Source: Eledone cirrhosa (taxonomy: Eukaryota). Taken from it: a DNA stretch of 64,000 bases. The notes under the pieces were generated by a model. The model saw nothing but the letters and a program-made list of their open reading frames with translations, ran no database searches and was not told the origin of the DNA. Positions within the stretch are counted from its first letter, which is position 1, and each line of letters starts with the position of its first letter. Positions 43,866 to 56,340 of this stretch are shown here, piece by piece. The position numbers were made by a program, and so were the translations under genes. The stretch lies in NCBI GenBank assembly GCA_964016885.1, contig OZ024740.1:321284001-321348000 (forward strand). Direction: 5' to 3'.

Positions 43866-44456
43866 TATATATATACATATATACAGTATATATATATATA
43901 TATATATATATATACCCAGAAAAACATGGGACGAGCTGATAAATTCCGACCTCACACACTTACACCTCACCAAGACAATGTCACTGGACCGAGATCTTTG
44001 GCGGTACTCAGTAATAGAGAAGACCCGCCTTACCTAAATACAAAGTAAAACCTACTACAGTCAGTAGGCATCTCTAACAAAATACACCCCCGTCCCACCA
44101 CCCCCACCCCATCCACACCGCCCCTTTTAATGTAAAGTTATGTTGGTGCCACAACATCCAGGCCGAAACAAATGAGATCGTGTAGGTGTCACGTCAAAAA
44201 AACACACAGTTCACGCTGTAATGTGGCCGTGTAGGCAACACGGTAAAAACCTCCCAGCCCCACACTGTAAATGTGGTTGGTGTTAGGAAGGGCATCCAGC
44301 TGTAGAAAACCCGCCAGATAGTCCTATGCGAGCAAGATAACCACTCTTGCCTCAAGTGGGAAAACCCTCCATCCAAACCCATGCAAGCGTGGAACACGGA
44401 CGTTAAACGATGATGATGACGATGATGATGATACAGTATATATATATATCTATACA

Positions 44457-44492
<36 letters not shown>

Positions 44493-44541
44493 TATATATA
44501 TATATATACAGTATATATATATATATATATATATATACAGT

Positions 44542-46400
44542 ACCCGGTCCATCGGGTATAGCTGCCGAGATGCTGAAGGCATCTGGGTCTGTAGGTCACA
44601 CTATAACCACACGTATCGTTAACCAGGTAATACTAGAGGGGGCCATACCAAAAGATTGGTGCAGTAGCATCATTGTCAACTGCTACAAAGGTAAAGGCGA
44701 TGCACTAGATAGAGGAAACTATAGAGGTATAAAGTTGATGGACCAGGTCATGAAAGTAACAGAAAGAGTTATAGCACAGCTGATTAGGGACCGGGTGAAT
44801 ATAGACGAGATGCAATTTGGGTTTGTACCAGGGAAAGGCACCACTGATGCCCTCTTCCTTGTGAGGCAATTACAGGAAAAGTACCTAGCTAAAAGTAAGC
44901 CACTCTACTTGGCATTTGTCGACCTTGAGAAAGCCTTTGACAGAGTTCCACGTGCAGTAATCTGGTGGGCTCTTAGAAAACTAGGAGTAGATGAATGGCT
45001 TGTGAAAGCGGTACAAGCCATGTATAGGGGAGCAGTCAGCAAAGTTAGGATTGGCAATGAGTATAGCGAGGAATTTAGCGTACAGGTTGGGGTCCACCAG
45101 GGCTCTGTTCTTAGCCCTCTCCTGTTCATCATAGTCCTGCAGGCAATAACGGAGGAGTTTAAGACCGGATGCCCATGGGAACTCCTGTATGCTGATGACC
45201 TCGCACTCATAGCTGAATCTATGGTAGAACTAGAGAATAAATTCCAAACCTGGAAGCAGGGACTAGAGAGAAAGGGCCTCAAAGTCAACATGACAAAGAC
45301 TAAGGTCCTTATAAGTAGACGAGAAAACAGAACCCAGATCCCCTCAGGGAAATGGCCTTGCTCAGTATGTAGGAAAGGTGTAGGTAGGAACTCCATTCTC
45401 TGCCCCAAATGCAAACAATGGGTACACAAGAGATGTAGCGGGATCTCAGGAAGCTTAATTAAGAATGTAGGATTCACATGCAGCAGCTGTGCTGAAACAG
45501 CATACAAACAGCCACAGGAAACAAGTACCACCAATCTCTGGGAGGGCCCTGTAGAAACAGTAGACAGCTTCTGCTACCTAGGTGACCGAATTAGGGTAAG
45601 AACGGGATGGAAGAAGTTTAGGGAACTACTACCACTGCTAGCTGCAAAAGGCTTCTCCCTCAGAATGAAAGGCAGACTGTATGATGCGTGTATCCGAACA
45701 GCGATGTTGCATGGTAGTGAGACCTGGGCGCTGAAGATGGAAGACTTACGTAGATTAGAGAGAAACGAAGCCTGCATGCTCCGATGGATGTGTAACAGTA
45801 ATATACGTGAACGACAAAGCATAAAGGAATTGAGAGAGAGACTGAGCATAAGAGGAATCAAATGCTGCGTGCAGGAGAGGCGGTTACGCTGGTATGGACA
45901 TGTGATGCGTATGAAGGATGACAGCTGCATAAAAAGGTGCAGAGCACTAGAAGTTGATGGAAACCGCGGAGTGGGGAGACCCAAGATGACTTGGGATGAG
46001 GTGATAAAAGCCGACCTTACCCAACTACACCTCTCAAAGTCAACACGCAGTAATACAGGGTACCCGACCTCCCATGGGTACATGCTGAAGCATATAAACA
46101 ATATGCCCCCCCACCCCCCCACCCCCCCACCGCAAGGTGGTCGTGGAGGTGCCACGGCAAAAAAGCACCCAGCCCACACTGTAAAGTGGACGTGTAGGCG
46201 CCACGAAAAAGCACCCAGCACTCACTGTAAATGAGGTTGGTGTTAGGAAGGGCATCCAGCTGTAGAAATCAAGCCAGATCAGTTCCTGTATGAGCAAGGC
46301 ATGGTCAGCCGACCAGACACTGCCCACAACAGGACAACCCGTCTAACCCATGCTAGCGTGGAAGAACGGACGTAAAACGGTGATGATGATGATGATGATG
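44542..46400 (+). mobile_element. RTE-clade LINE, 5'-truncated, open RT frame (44570-46234)
   Basis: NYRGIKL, MQFGF, FVDLEKAFDRVPR, HQGSVLSP, YADD, a Cys-rich insert, RLRWYGHV, then UTR and (GAT)n tail. Confidence 0.92.
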
Positions 46401-46594
46401 ATATATATATATATATACAGTATATATATATCTATATAGTATATATATATACAGTATATATATATATATATATATATACAGTATATATTTATATATATAT
46501 ACAGTATATATATATATATATATATACAGTATATATATATATATATGTATATACAGTATATATATATATACAGTATATATATATATTAATTATA

Positions 46595-46630
<36 letters not shown>

Positions 46631-49297
46631 TATATATATATATATCATCGTTTAACATCTATCTTCCATGCGAGCATGGGTTAGAAGTGATTGTCGCACT
46701 TGAGGCAAGATTGGTTGGGTGACCGTGTCTCGCTCGTATAGAACTGTATCTGGCAGATTTTCTACGGCTGGATGCCCTTCCTAACACCAACCACATTTAC
46801 AGTATGGACTATATATATATATATATATCAACAGTCGATTGACTTTCGTCAAATCGGACCGAGGAAACAATGCTTCCATCTGTCTTTCCAATTGCTAATA
46901 TATATATATAATCATCATCATCATCATCGTTTAACGTCCATCTTCCACGCTTGCATGGGTTTGGATATATATTATAGTTATTGCACAAGTAAACCAAGAA
47001 CCAAGGTTCTCACACTCTTTCATTCAACAAAATATTGATTCTTCTGCCATCACCAGTATGTTGAAGAAACTATGAAAGATTGAGTAATTCTAATGATGTC
47101 TGCAGAATATAATCTTATTTTGGAATAGCAATTGTATTTCATAAACAACTTTGAAAAAAATTCACGAAAGATAAATTTGATTTTGTAATATTTATATTTT
47201 ATTTTGATAACTGTTTAAAAACATTGAAGAGAATTGTGCTTCAAGAAGTAACCATAGACAATGAAAGAGACAGATACTGCTGTGGTTTGTCTAATATTTA
47301 TATTTTTATACAATACTCAGTTAGAATACAGAGGGTAAAATTATCAGAGTGGTGTCAATTAGCAGCACGAGTGAACCACCCTGACAAATTATTTCAGTTT
47401 ATAAATAAAATTATTATTTTATTGCATTGATATAATAATAACAATTATTATTATTAGGGCGATGGATTGGCAGTATCGGTAGAGCGTCGGACACCATGCT
47501 TTGCAGCATACAGTTATGGCCCTTTATGGTATAAGTTCAAATCCCACCGAGGTTAGCTTTGCCTTTCATTTTTATGGGGTCGATAAAATAAAGTACCAGT
47601 CACACACTGGGGTCGATTTAATCGACTTTTTCCTTCCCTTTAAATTGTTGGCCTTGTGCCTAACTCAGAAATTATTATTGTTGTTTCAAATTTTGGCTCA
47701 GATCCAGTAATTTTGCATGGAAGGGAAAAATTATAATATCAACCTCAGTAGTTCACTGCTACTTTATTTTATCAACATCGGTTGACCTTGGTGGGATTTG
47801 AATTCAGAAAGTAAAAAACTGGAATTCTTACAATTCTGCCGACCCAGCACCATTGATAATAATTAAGCACAAGGCCAGCAATATGGGGGAGGATAAGTTG
47901 ATTAAATCGACCTCAGTGCATTACTGGTACTTTATTTTATCGACCCCCGTAAGGATGAGAGGCAAAGTTAACCTCAGCAGGATTTGAACTCAGAACGTAA
48001 AGGGACGTAACTATGCCGCTAAACATGCTGCGCAACGCTCTACTGATTCTGCCAATCCAACTAATAATTTTTTTTTCAGTTACTAGAAATGAAAGTCCTC
48101 AATTTAATTTGTTGCAACAGGAGAGAAAAGATTGTGCTATTAGGAAGGGGGTGGGTGTAAGAACTTCGAGTATTGCTATATGAAATAGTATGGTTAGACA
48201 GCAGTAGACAGCCAACATAGAGTATTGCTTCACTTACTATATCTACACTTCACATATACATACATATATATCACCAAAAATGTGTTTTTAGATGAGATAA
48301 TCTTTACCCAATTTACTCATACTCTGCACTATATATATATATACAGTATACCATGAGTTAAAAATGGTGTTAATTTTATACTGGAATGTTCAATATAGCC
48401 TGTTTCAGTAGCCATAATATATAACTGGTACTACATATCTAGAGTCAAATAATCATCCAAAAATATAACTGTATTACAAGTAGACCACATATTTTCCAAC
48501 ACACTTCATTCCAGATCCAAGCTAAATTATCTGGGGTTTTTTCAAGACTATATAATTCACTAGAACCATATTACTGAGTTAGAAACACCCTCAATATGTC
48601 AACTAGTCTGATATTTTGTGGAAAATTCAGGTGTCCACATAATTAAATATAATACTGGACCATAATAAAATCCACTTAGCACACTCTGTAAAGTGTTAGG
48701 GCTGGTGTCATGATAGAATGCATCCAATCCACTCTGTAAAGTGGAAGTGCTGGTGACACGAAAAATGCATCCAGTACACCCTGAAAAGTGATTGGCATCC
48801 AGCCACAAAAACCATGGCAAATATGGAATGTAACTAGTAAGATAGGTTACTCTGACCTGTCTGGCCTCAAGCAATGACAGCCTGTCCAACCCATGCTAAC
48901 AAGCAAAGTGTACATTAAGTGATGATAATGATAAAAGAGATGCTAGAAGATCAGTTGCTGGCAAATTAGTGTTGTACCTATAAGTAGCATTCTGTCGAAT
49001 ATTCCAGTTGATCAGATCAACGGAACAACCTGCTTGTAACATGCAAGTGGCTGAGCATTCCACAGACATGTGTACTCTTAACGTAGTTCTCAGGGAGATT
49101 CAGCATGATACAAAATGTGACAAGGCTGGCTCTTCAAATCACAGATACAACTCATTTTTGCCAGCTGAGTGGACTGGGGCAAAGTGAGAAATAAAGTGTC
49201 TTGCTCAAGGACACAATGCGCCTCCAGGAATCAAACTCAAATCCTTATGATTGTGAGCCGAATACCCTAATCACAAAGCCACGCACCCTCACTGTAC

Positions 49298-49329
<32 letters not shown>

Positions 49330-49597
49330 CTTGCCAATGATTTGGAATGATAGATCATTTGAAATTATATCATACATGTCAAATATGAGCGATTTTACCT
49401 TTCTCATAACAAAACTCCTGAAAATGGACCAGGTTCTATAATGCAAAAATATTTGTTTTAAAGTGTTTATATTTATCTAAAAACAGTCTATCATAATTTT
49501 AAGTACCTTTATTATGCTTCAAACACCAGCTTAATAATTCATTACTAAATCCTTCCAAATTCTTGTTTCTCAAATTATTTGAAAATCATAGGTAGTA

Positions 49598-49910
49598 TCA
49601 TCATCATCATCATCATTATCGTTTAATGTCTATCTTCCATGCTAGCATGGGTTTAAACGGGAATTGTCCCACGTGAGGCAAGATTAGTTGTCTTGCTCGT
49701 ATAGGACTGTCTAGCGGGTTTTCTACGGCTGGATGCCCTTCCTAACACCAACCACGTTTACAGTGTGGACTGGGAGGTTTTTACCGTGTTACCTACACGG
49801 ACACATTACAGCGTGGACTGTGTGTTTTTTTTTTGTCGTGACACCTACACAACTTCATTTATTTAGGATTGGATGTTGTGGCACCAACATATCTTTACAG
49901 AGGGGGGGGG
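49598..49910 (-). mobile_element. RTE 3'-UTR fragment (representative copy)
   Basis: (ATC)n plus GGATGCCCTTCCTAACACCAACC. Similar fragments start near 46645, 48650, 55735, 58155, 63090 and 63540. Confidence 0.7.
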
Positions 49911-51064
49911 GGGTATATAAAAAAAAACCTTCCATTACAAATTCATGTAAGAACCTTTGTTAAGTTATATTCCAAATACCAGCTTAATGGTGAGAAAGTT
50001 ATTTTACAAAATCCCTTGAAATTCTTGATAATTTTCAAAATAATTTGAAAAACATAGGCAGTGTCTTTCATAATATGGTAACAAAAGGTTTCAAATGTTT
50101 ATATTTATCTATATATTCCATCATAATTCTATGTAAAAAAATGTTATGTTCCAAACAACCAGCTTAATAATGAAAGTTATTTTACTAAATCCGTTAACAT
50201 TCTTGATTATTTTCAGAATTAATTGAAAATTATAAGCAACATCTTTCATTAGAAATACAATCACAAAAGGGTTAACTGACTCTAAGTGAAGTAACTTAAA
50301 GATGCAGTTCAATGCTTAGTAAATATCTGATAGAGAAGTTGCACAGCACTTAAATCTAAGCTGAAAATCCTGTCTCTATACAGAATTAGTATGTTCTAAA
50401 AGTTAAGATGTGTTTCTCTCCAAATTTCATGATAGAAAGAAACTAGCCAAGCAGCAGATCGACCAAGGAAACAATGTTTTTATTGGTCTTTCCATTGCTG
50501 ATACTATCTGTCGGTTGAAACTCATGACAGAAAGAGGCAGGATTTAAACTCAGAATTCACAAAGCCAGATCAGACAACCTGAAGCATCCCATCCATTTCT
50601 TTAATAATTCTGCCAGCCTACCATCCCTGGAGTGGTACTTTATTTATTCACATCAAAATGATGAATAGCAAAGTCGACCTCAGCAGGATTAGAATTCAGA
50701 GTGGAGGAAGCTGGAACAAATTTAATCTGACCCCTTAATGACTCTATTAATTTGCCACATTCCTGCTAAACAAACTGGAAGAAACTCCAGTTTTATGAGC
50801 TAAACTCATTTCATAGAGAAAATATATGAAACACAATATTTATATGATATGATGTGATTTAATTTGTATGTTGTCTCTTCACATGTCTCTGATATAAAAT
50901 AATTTATTATCACAATTAGAAGTCTAAAAGTCGTTTTTTCTCTCATTCATTCACAGAGTCAAGAAAAATAAAGGTGGTAGAATGTTGAGGCATTTGGTCA
51001 AATGCTGTGTGGATTGAAAAGACAAGGATGTATCCATCCCTGTTTAATACCTCATCACAGCTCT

Positions 51065-51410
51065 GTAGAGACAGGTCAAAGCATGATTGTTCTGTAAATA
51101 GAGACCAGTCATAGTTATGATTGTTCTGTAGAGACCAATAATAACTATGACTATCTGTAAGTATCAGTCATAGCTAAAGCTAGTCTGTAAATAAAAACCA
51201 GGTAAAACTATCATTGTTCTGCAGACCAGCCATAGCTATGACTGGCCTGTAAATAAGACCAGTCATAGCTATGACTGATCTGCAAATAAGACCAGTCATA
51301 GCTATGACTATTCTGTAAATAAGACCATTCATAGCGATGACTAGCCTGTAAATAAAGACCAGTCAGAACTACAATTGTTCTGCAAATAAGACCAGTCATA
51401 GCTATGACTG
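51065..51410. repeat. ~30-bp palindromic minisatellite in the BLOC1S4 3' UTR
   Basis: About 11 units of GTAAATAAGACCAGTCATAGCTATGACT. Confidence 0.85.
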
Positions 51411-51491
51411 TTTAGGGAAGAAATCAGAAGTGTTGAATATCTCTGGTGGATGGTATTGTTCTTGTGATTTACCTCTGGTAGCACTGTGTTT
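51402..51491 (-). CDS. BLOC1S4: BLOC-1 subunit 4 / BCAS4-like, coding exon 5
   Basis: Acceptor TTTCCCAG; KHSATRGKSQEQYHPPEIFNTSDFFPKQS*, matching the family C-terminal Y..P.lF.T.D.F motif. Confidence 0.88.
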   Translation of the reverse strand, partial: KHSATRGKSQEQYHPPEIFNTSDFFPKQS

Positions 51492-52129
51492 CTGGGAAAG
51501 AGAAAAAATAAAAATAATATAAATAAAATATAATATAGTGATAATGATTAATATAAAAAAAATATATATAACATAATAAACAAAACGGTTGACTTAAGAA
51601 ACATTGAACAGAATTTTAAATGTAATCCACCCAATGCAGGTAACTATAACAGTAGGTGATCACTAAAAGACATCAATCTGTAGCCAGGGAGTCCTTAACA
51701 AAATGGTTAATGCACTGACCCAGCATCCAGAGATACAAGGTTCAAATCAATACAGACACTTTTTAATATGAGTACAAGATAATTTTAATATGAACCTTGG
51801 ATTGGTTCTTTATTGTATTGACCCTGAGAGTAATTAAAGGCTAAGTTAACATTGACATGATTTGAACTTGAAAGATAGAAGCAAATACCACAAGGCATTA
51901 TTATGACTCGGATTGCTACTTAAATACCAGTCATAACGGTTAATTTAATAAATTCTCTTTGTTTTATATATATATATCTGTGAGACCTCTAGCCAAGAAA
52001 AAAAAAAAGGAATTATATTTCAGGCTTAAAAAGGTAAAGGTAGCGCTCATAACTCCTGATTGAGTTGGTGGGAGATGGGGGTGCAGTTCTGACAAACTTG
52101 GCAGAGTTCATTCATCTCCATGTCTGAAC

Positions 52130-52905
52130 AAAACAGATTGGATTGGACTGGGCTGAATCGGACAGAATCAGGTCAAACCAGATCAAGTCAGAACGTATCA
52201 GATCAGAACAGACCATACAGGATTGGACCAGATCGGATCAGTAAATCAGATTGGATTGCTCTGGATCAGACTGGACTGGATCAGACCAGATCTGATCAAA
52301 CCGGACTGGATCTGCTCTGGAGTAGATAGGATCAGATAAGTCCTGACTGGATCTGCTCTGGAGTAGATAGGATCAGATCAGACCAGATCTGATCAAACCG
52401 GATTGGATTGTTCTGGACCAGATTGGGCTGGATTGGATCAGACTGCACTAGATCAGATTGGACAGGATCAGATCAAATCAGGTCAATCAAGATCAGATCA
52501 GGCTGGATTGGATTGCCCCAGATCAGATCAAGCCTGATTGGGTCAGACTGTATCAGATCAAACTGGATCAGACCAGATTAGATAATACCGGATCGAATTA
52601 GATCAGACCATACTGGCCCAGATCAGTCTAAATAAGAATGGATTGGGATCAAATCAGATCAGTCAAAATGGGATCATATTAGATTGCTCTGGATTAGATC
52701 AGACCAGATTAGATTGGATGAAGTCAGATTGGATCGGATCCAACCAGATCAGTTAAGACTGGGCCAAATCAAATCAGATTGAACTGGATCGGATCAGACC
52801 AAACAAGATCAACGAGATTGGATCAGGCCATATCAGATTGCTTTGGACCAGATTAGGTCAAATTGGATCAGCTCAAACCAGATCAAAATCGGTTGGATTG
52901 GGTCA
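52130..52905. repeat. Degenerate 5-bp satellite (GATCA/GATTG/GACCA)n
   Basis: Read directly from the sequence. Confidence 0.9.
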
Positions 52906-52984
52906 TATAATGATTATGATTATAATATATTTTAATATAAAATTTACACAGTATGGAACCTATGAACAAGATGTAGATCTCTCT

Positions 52985-53565
52985 AACCATGACAACCTGC
53001 TCCACCCATGTCAGCATGGAGATGATGATACACACACACTTATTGCATTTCTGTGAGGTTCAACATCCTAAGGTCATCTTTTATCACTTCAGCCAATATC
53101 TTCATTGGTCTTCCTATTCCACAGCTTTCTTCCACTTGGAAATCCTAGCACTTCTTCACTCAATGATCATCATTACATATCCATACCTGTACAATCTTCT
53201 CACTTGCACACTAGATCCGATTCCTCTTCTACCCAATTTTTCTTTCAGCTCATCTATGCATTCATGCTAACATTACACATCCAATGGCGCATACTAGCCC
53301 CATTTCTTTCCAGCACTAGCACATCTTCTGCATTCAATGCCTTTGTCTCACTATCATGCTACATCACATTTCATATGCAGACATCATATAATATACCCTT
53401 TGCCTGAATAGAGAATTCCTTTATTGCCAGAAGTAGTAACTCCCTTAACATTTCCCATCCTGTTCTTATATTGGCTACTATACTTTCAAAGCACCCTCTT
53501 CCACTGATAACTTTGTCATCTAGGTAAAAGACTTTCAGAGCACCCTCTTCCACTGACAATTTGGT
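52985..53565 (-). mobile_element. Old RTE LINE fragment
   Basis: YLDDKVISGRGCFESIVANIRTGWEMLRELL..KGILYDVCI is homologous to the 44.5-kb RTE. Confidence 0.7.
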
Positions 53566-53806
53566 CACTTAGGTAACAGAAGCTAACAACTACTTTTATG
53601 GAGTTTTCCTTGGATCGGAAAAAGTGTACTTGTATCAGCACATACAATGTTTCGTTTTTCTATAATCCAGCCTGTGATACAACTTACTGGGCTAACACGG
53701 ATGACAATCAAAGAACTAACTGGACTAACAAGGTGGGGGGGGGGGTAACAATTGGAGCGCTTGCTGGAATAACAAGGGAGATAATAAATACAAACCACCA
53801 ACTTAC

Positions 53807-53926
53807 TGGACTAACAAGGGAGGTAATCATCTTCTTAATGCCACTGAAAGACCCCATTTTCGTTTCAGCTTTGCTTACTTGTTCCTCCATTACATTGACG
53901 TTCTTGGAAACAATGGAGACTAATTC
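53807..53926 (-). CDS. BLOC1S4: BLOC1S4-like coding exon 4
   Basis: TTTTGCAG|ELVSIVSKNVNVMEEQVSKAETKMGSFSGIKKMITSLVSP|GTAAGT; MEEQV.KAE motif. Confidence 0.92.
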
Positions 53927-55394
53927 CTGCAAAATAACAAGTCAGAAAAATGGTGATAATTAATGAGTTCCTCATCTAATATATCAACATAAACAGTAGA
54001 TCGACAAAATCCCAGACCTCATTCGCTTAACATGTGGGGTGGAGCTTATCAAATTGGACCGAGGAAACAATGTTTCCATTGCTCTTTCCAATTGCTAATA
54101 CTATCTACTGGTCGCAAATCCATGCAGAAGGAGCAACGTGAAAAAGTGTCTTGACATAACGCATCGGTCGGTCCGAGAATCAAACTCACAACCTCATGAT
54201 TGTGAATCCAATTCTCTAACCATTCAGCCACGTGCCTTCACATTTCAACATAGCTGGGTTATTTATAATAGATAAGTAAATGTTGTTGGTGTTTTGGGAG
54301 TCATCCTGATATAGATTAAAAAGTTAAAGCCTGTTCATGCTAGAGTAGATCTCAATGTCATTAGCATTAGGCAAATGATTAAAACATACTACATCTTCCT
54401 GTAAAGCCTGTTTTAATATCCCAAATGGGGACACTCTGTAAAGATAGAGATAAGCAAGCTTCCAATAACTCACGAAATATCAGATAGATTGGTTAGATGT
54501 GGAATAAGAAGGTCTTGGGATAAACCTGATGTATTTCACCTTAATTAAAACAAGAATGACACTTGAACAAAGAATGTGTTGTTAAACACACCTGAAAACT
54601 CACTGCAACATATAAACTAGGTTGTGTGTGGTGTACAAAGAATGATTTTGTTTTAACTATATCAAACCTGGTTTAACAAATCATGAGATTGTGATGAAGG
54701 TGATATGTGAATACATGTGAAAACAAAAGGAATTTGTTTTATCTGGAATAGAATGGCAGTGCCTATGATTCTTTTCATGGTTTCTGAGCTTGTTGTGAGA
54801 GTGGGAGGAAGGTATCCTCAAACCGGAGACCTGGTCCAATGCCTGCAACAGGGTTAACCCAACTAAAGCCACCCAAGAAGTATGTGATGGCATTAAACTG
54901 GGTGATGGGTTAAGTCTACCACCCAAATAGGCTACAGCAGGATTTGAACTTAGAATGTAAAGAGCCAGAACAAACACTTCAAGGCAACTCATCCAAACCT
55001 CTAACAATCCCACCAATCCACTGCTCTAGCCTGGTATTTTATTTCATCAATATTGGAAGGATAAAAGGAGGTTTGAACTGAGAACACAAGGTCCCAGAAC
55101 AAATACAACATGGCATTTTTTCTATGCTCTAACAACTCTGTCAATTTGCTACCTATACGAGGCAATATATTTTATGCTAAAGAAAAGTTGAGAATACATC
55201 ATGAAATAGATGTATAACAGTTCTCTTACGAAGACACTGAGATAGCTATAATATGAGACTACATGTATGTTTATCATACATAAACATATTGTAAATGGGT
55301 TCACATACACCTTTATTTTGAACCACACTGTATTAGTGCTATCATTAACATTGTAATGTAAGTTGAGTTAATGAGAAAGGAGAGAAAGACATAC

Positions 55395-55496
55395 CTCAAG
55401 TTGATCAATTTTAACAAATAATCTCTGCATTTCTTTAGCTTTAACTTCAATCTCTGGCATAGTTTTATATAAGCATAATGTCGTGTCACCTCGAAT
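55395..55496 (-). CDS. BLOC1S4: BLOC1S4-like coding exon 3
   Basis: TTTTTAAAG|IRGDTTLCLYKTMPEIEVKAKEMQRLFVKIDQLE|GTATGT. Confidence 0.92.
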
Positions 55497-56268
55497 CTTT
55501 AAAAATACAAAAATTACATTTAAATATTTTTACATTTTCTTTTAATATTCATTATTGTTTTGTTTTTTTAATTAGCTGAAATTACAGAAAAATCACCATT
55601 AATACCAACAACATGACCAACATATGAAGTTTTCTATTGACATCACATGACCAACATATGATGCCTGTGTACTATTGACATCATATGACCAAAATATGAC
55701 AGAGGTTTACTACAGACATCATAGGTGAACAACAAAAAGTGCCCAGCCCACATTGTAGAGTGGTTGTGTAGGTGTCACGACAAAAACCTCCCAGCCCACA
55801 CAGCAAATATGGTTGGCATTAGGAAGGGCATCCAGCATTAGAAAGCAGCCAAAATCAGTTCTGTATGAGCAAGACACAGTCATCCGACCTGGTTTGTCTC
55901 ACAATGGTTTAATCCATGCTTGTGTGGAAAATGGATGTTAAACGGTGATGATGATCATCATATGACCAACATGTGACATTGGTTTACTACTGAAATCATG
56001 ACATAGGTCCACTACTGACATCATATGACCAACATATCATGTACATTTACTACCGACATGGTATTGATTGGTGAAATAAACAATTACCTATTACATAACT
56101 TAAAATCTCAACTGCGACCACCATAGTGAGATAAGTCATGTTACAAAACTTACCATGTCATACACTTGCCTCACTATAGAGATAATAATTTACTTATTAC
56201 ATAACTTACCATATCATACACTTGTCCCACTATAGAGAGATAATAAATTTACTTATTACATAACTTAC

Positions 56269-56340
56269 CATGTCAACCAGTCCACAGAATTCATCCAATT
56301 TAGTTAACATTTCATCGATACTCTCAGCAAAGTGAGTTTT
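56269..56340 (-). CDS. BLOC1S4: BLOC1S4-like coding exon 2
   Basis: TTTTTCAG|KTHFAESIDEMLTKLDEFCGLVDM|GTAAGT. Confidence 0.92.

Noticed and set aside
51065-51410. CRISPR-like palindromic repeat array
   Set aside because: No unique spacers, no cas genes, and it lies in a eukaryotic 3' UTR.
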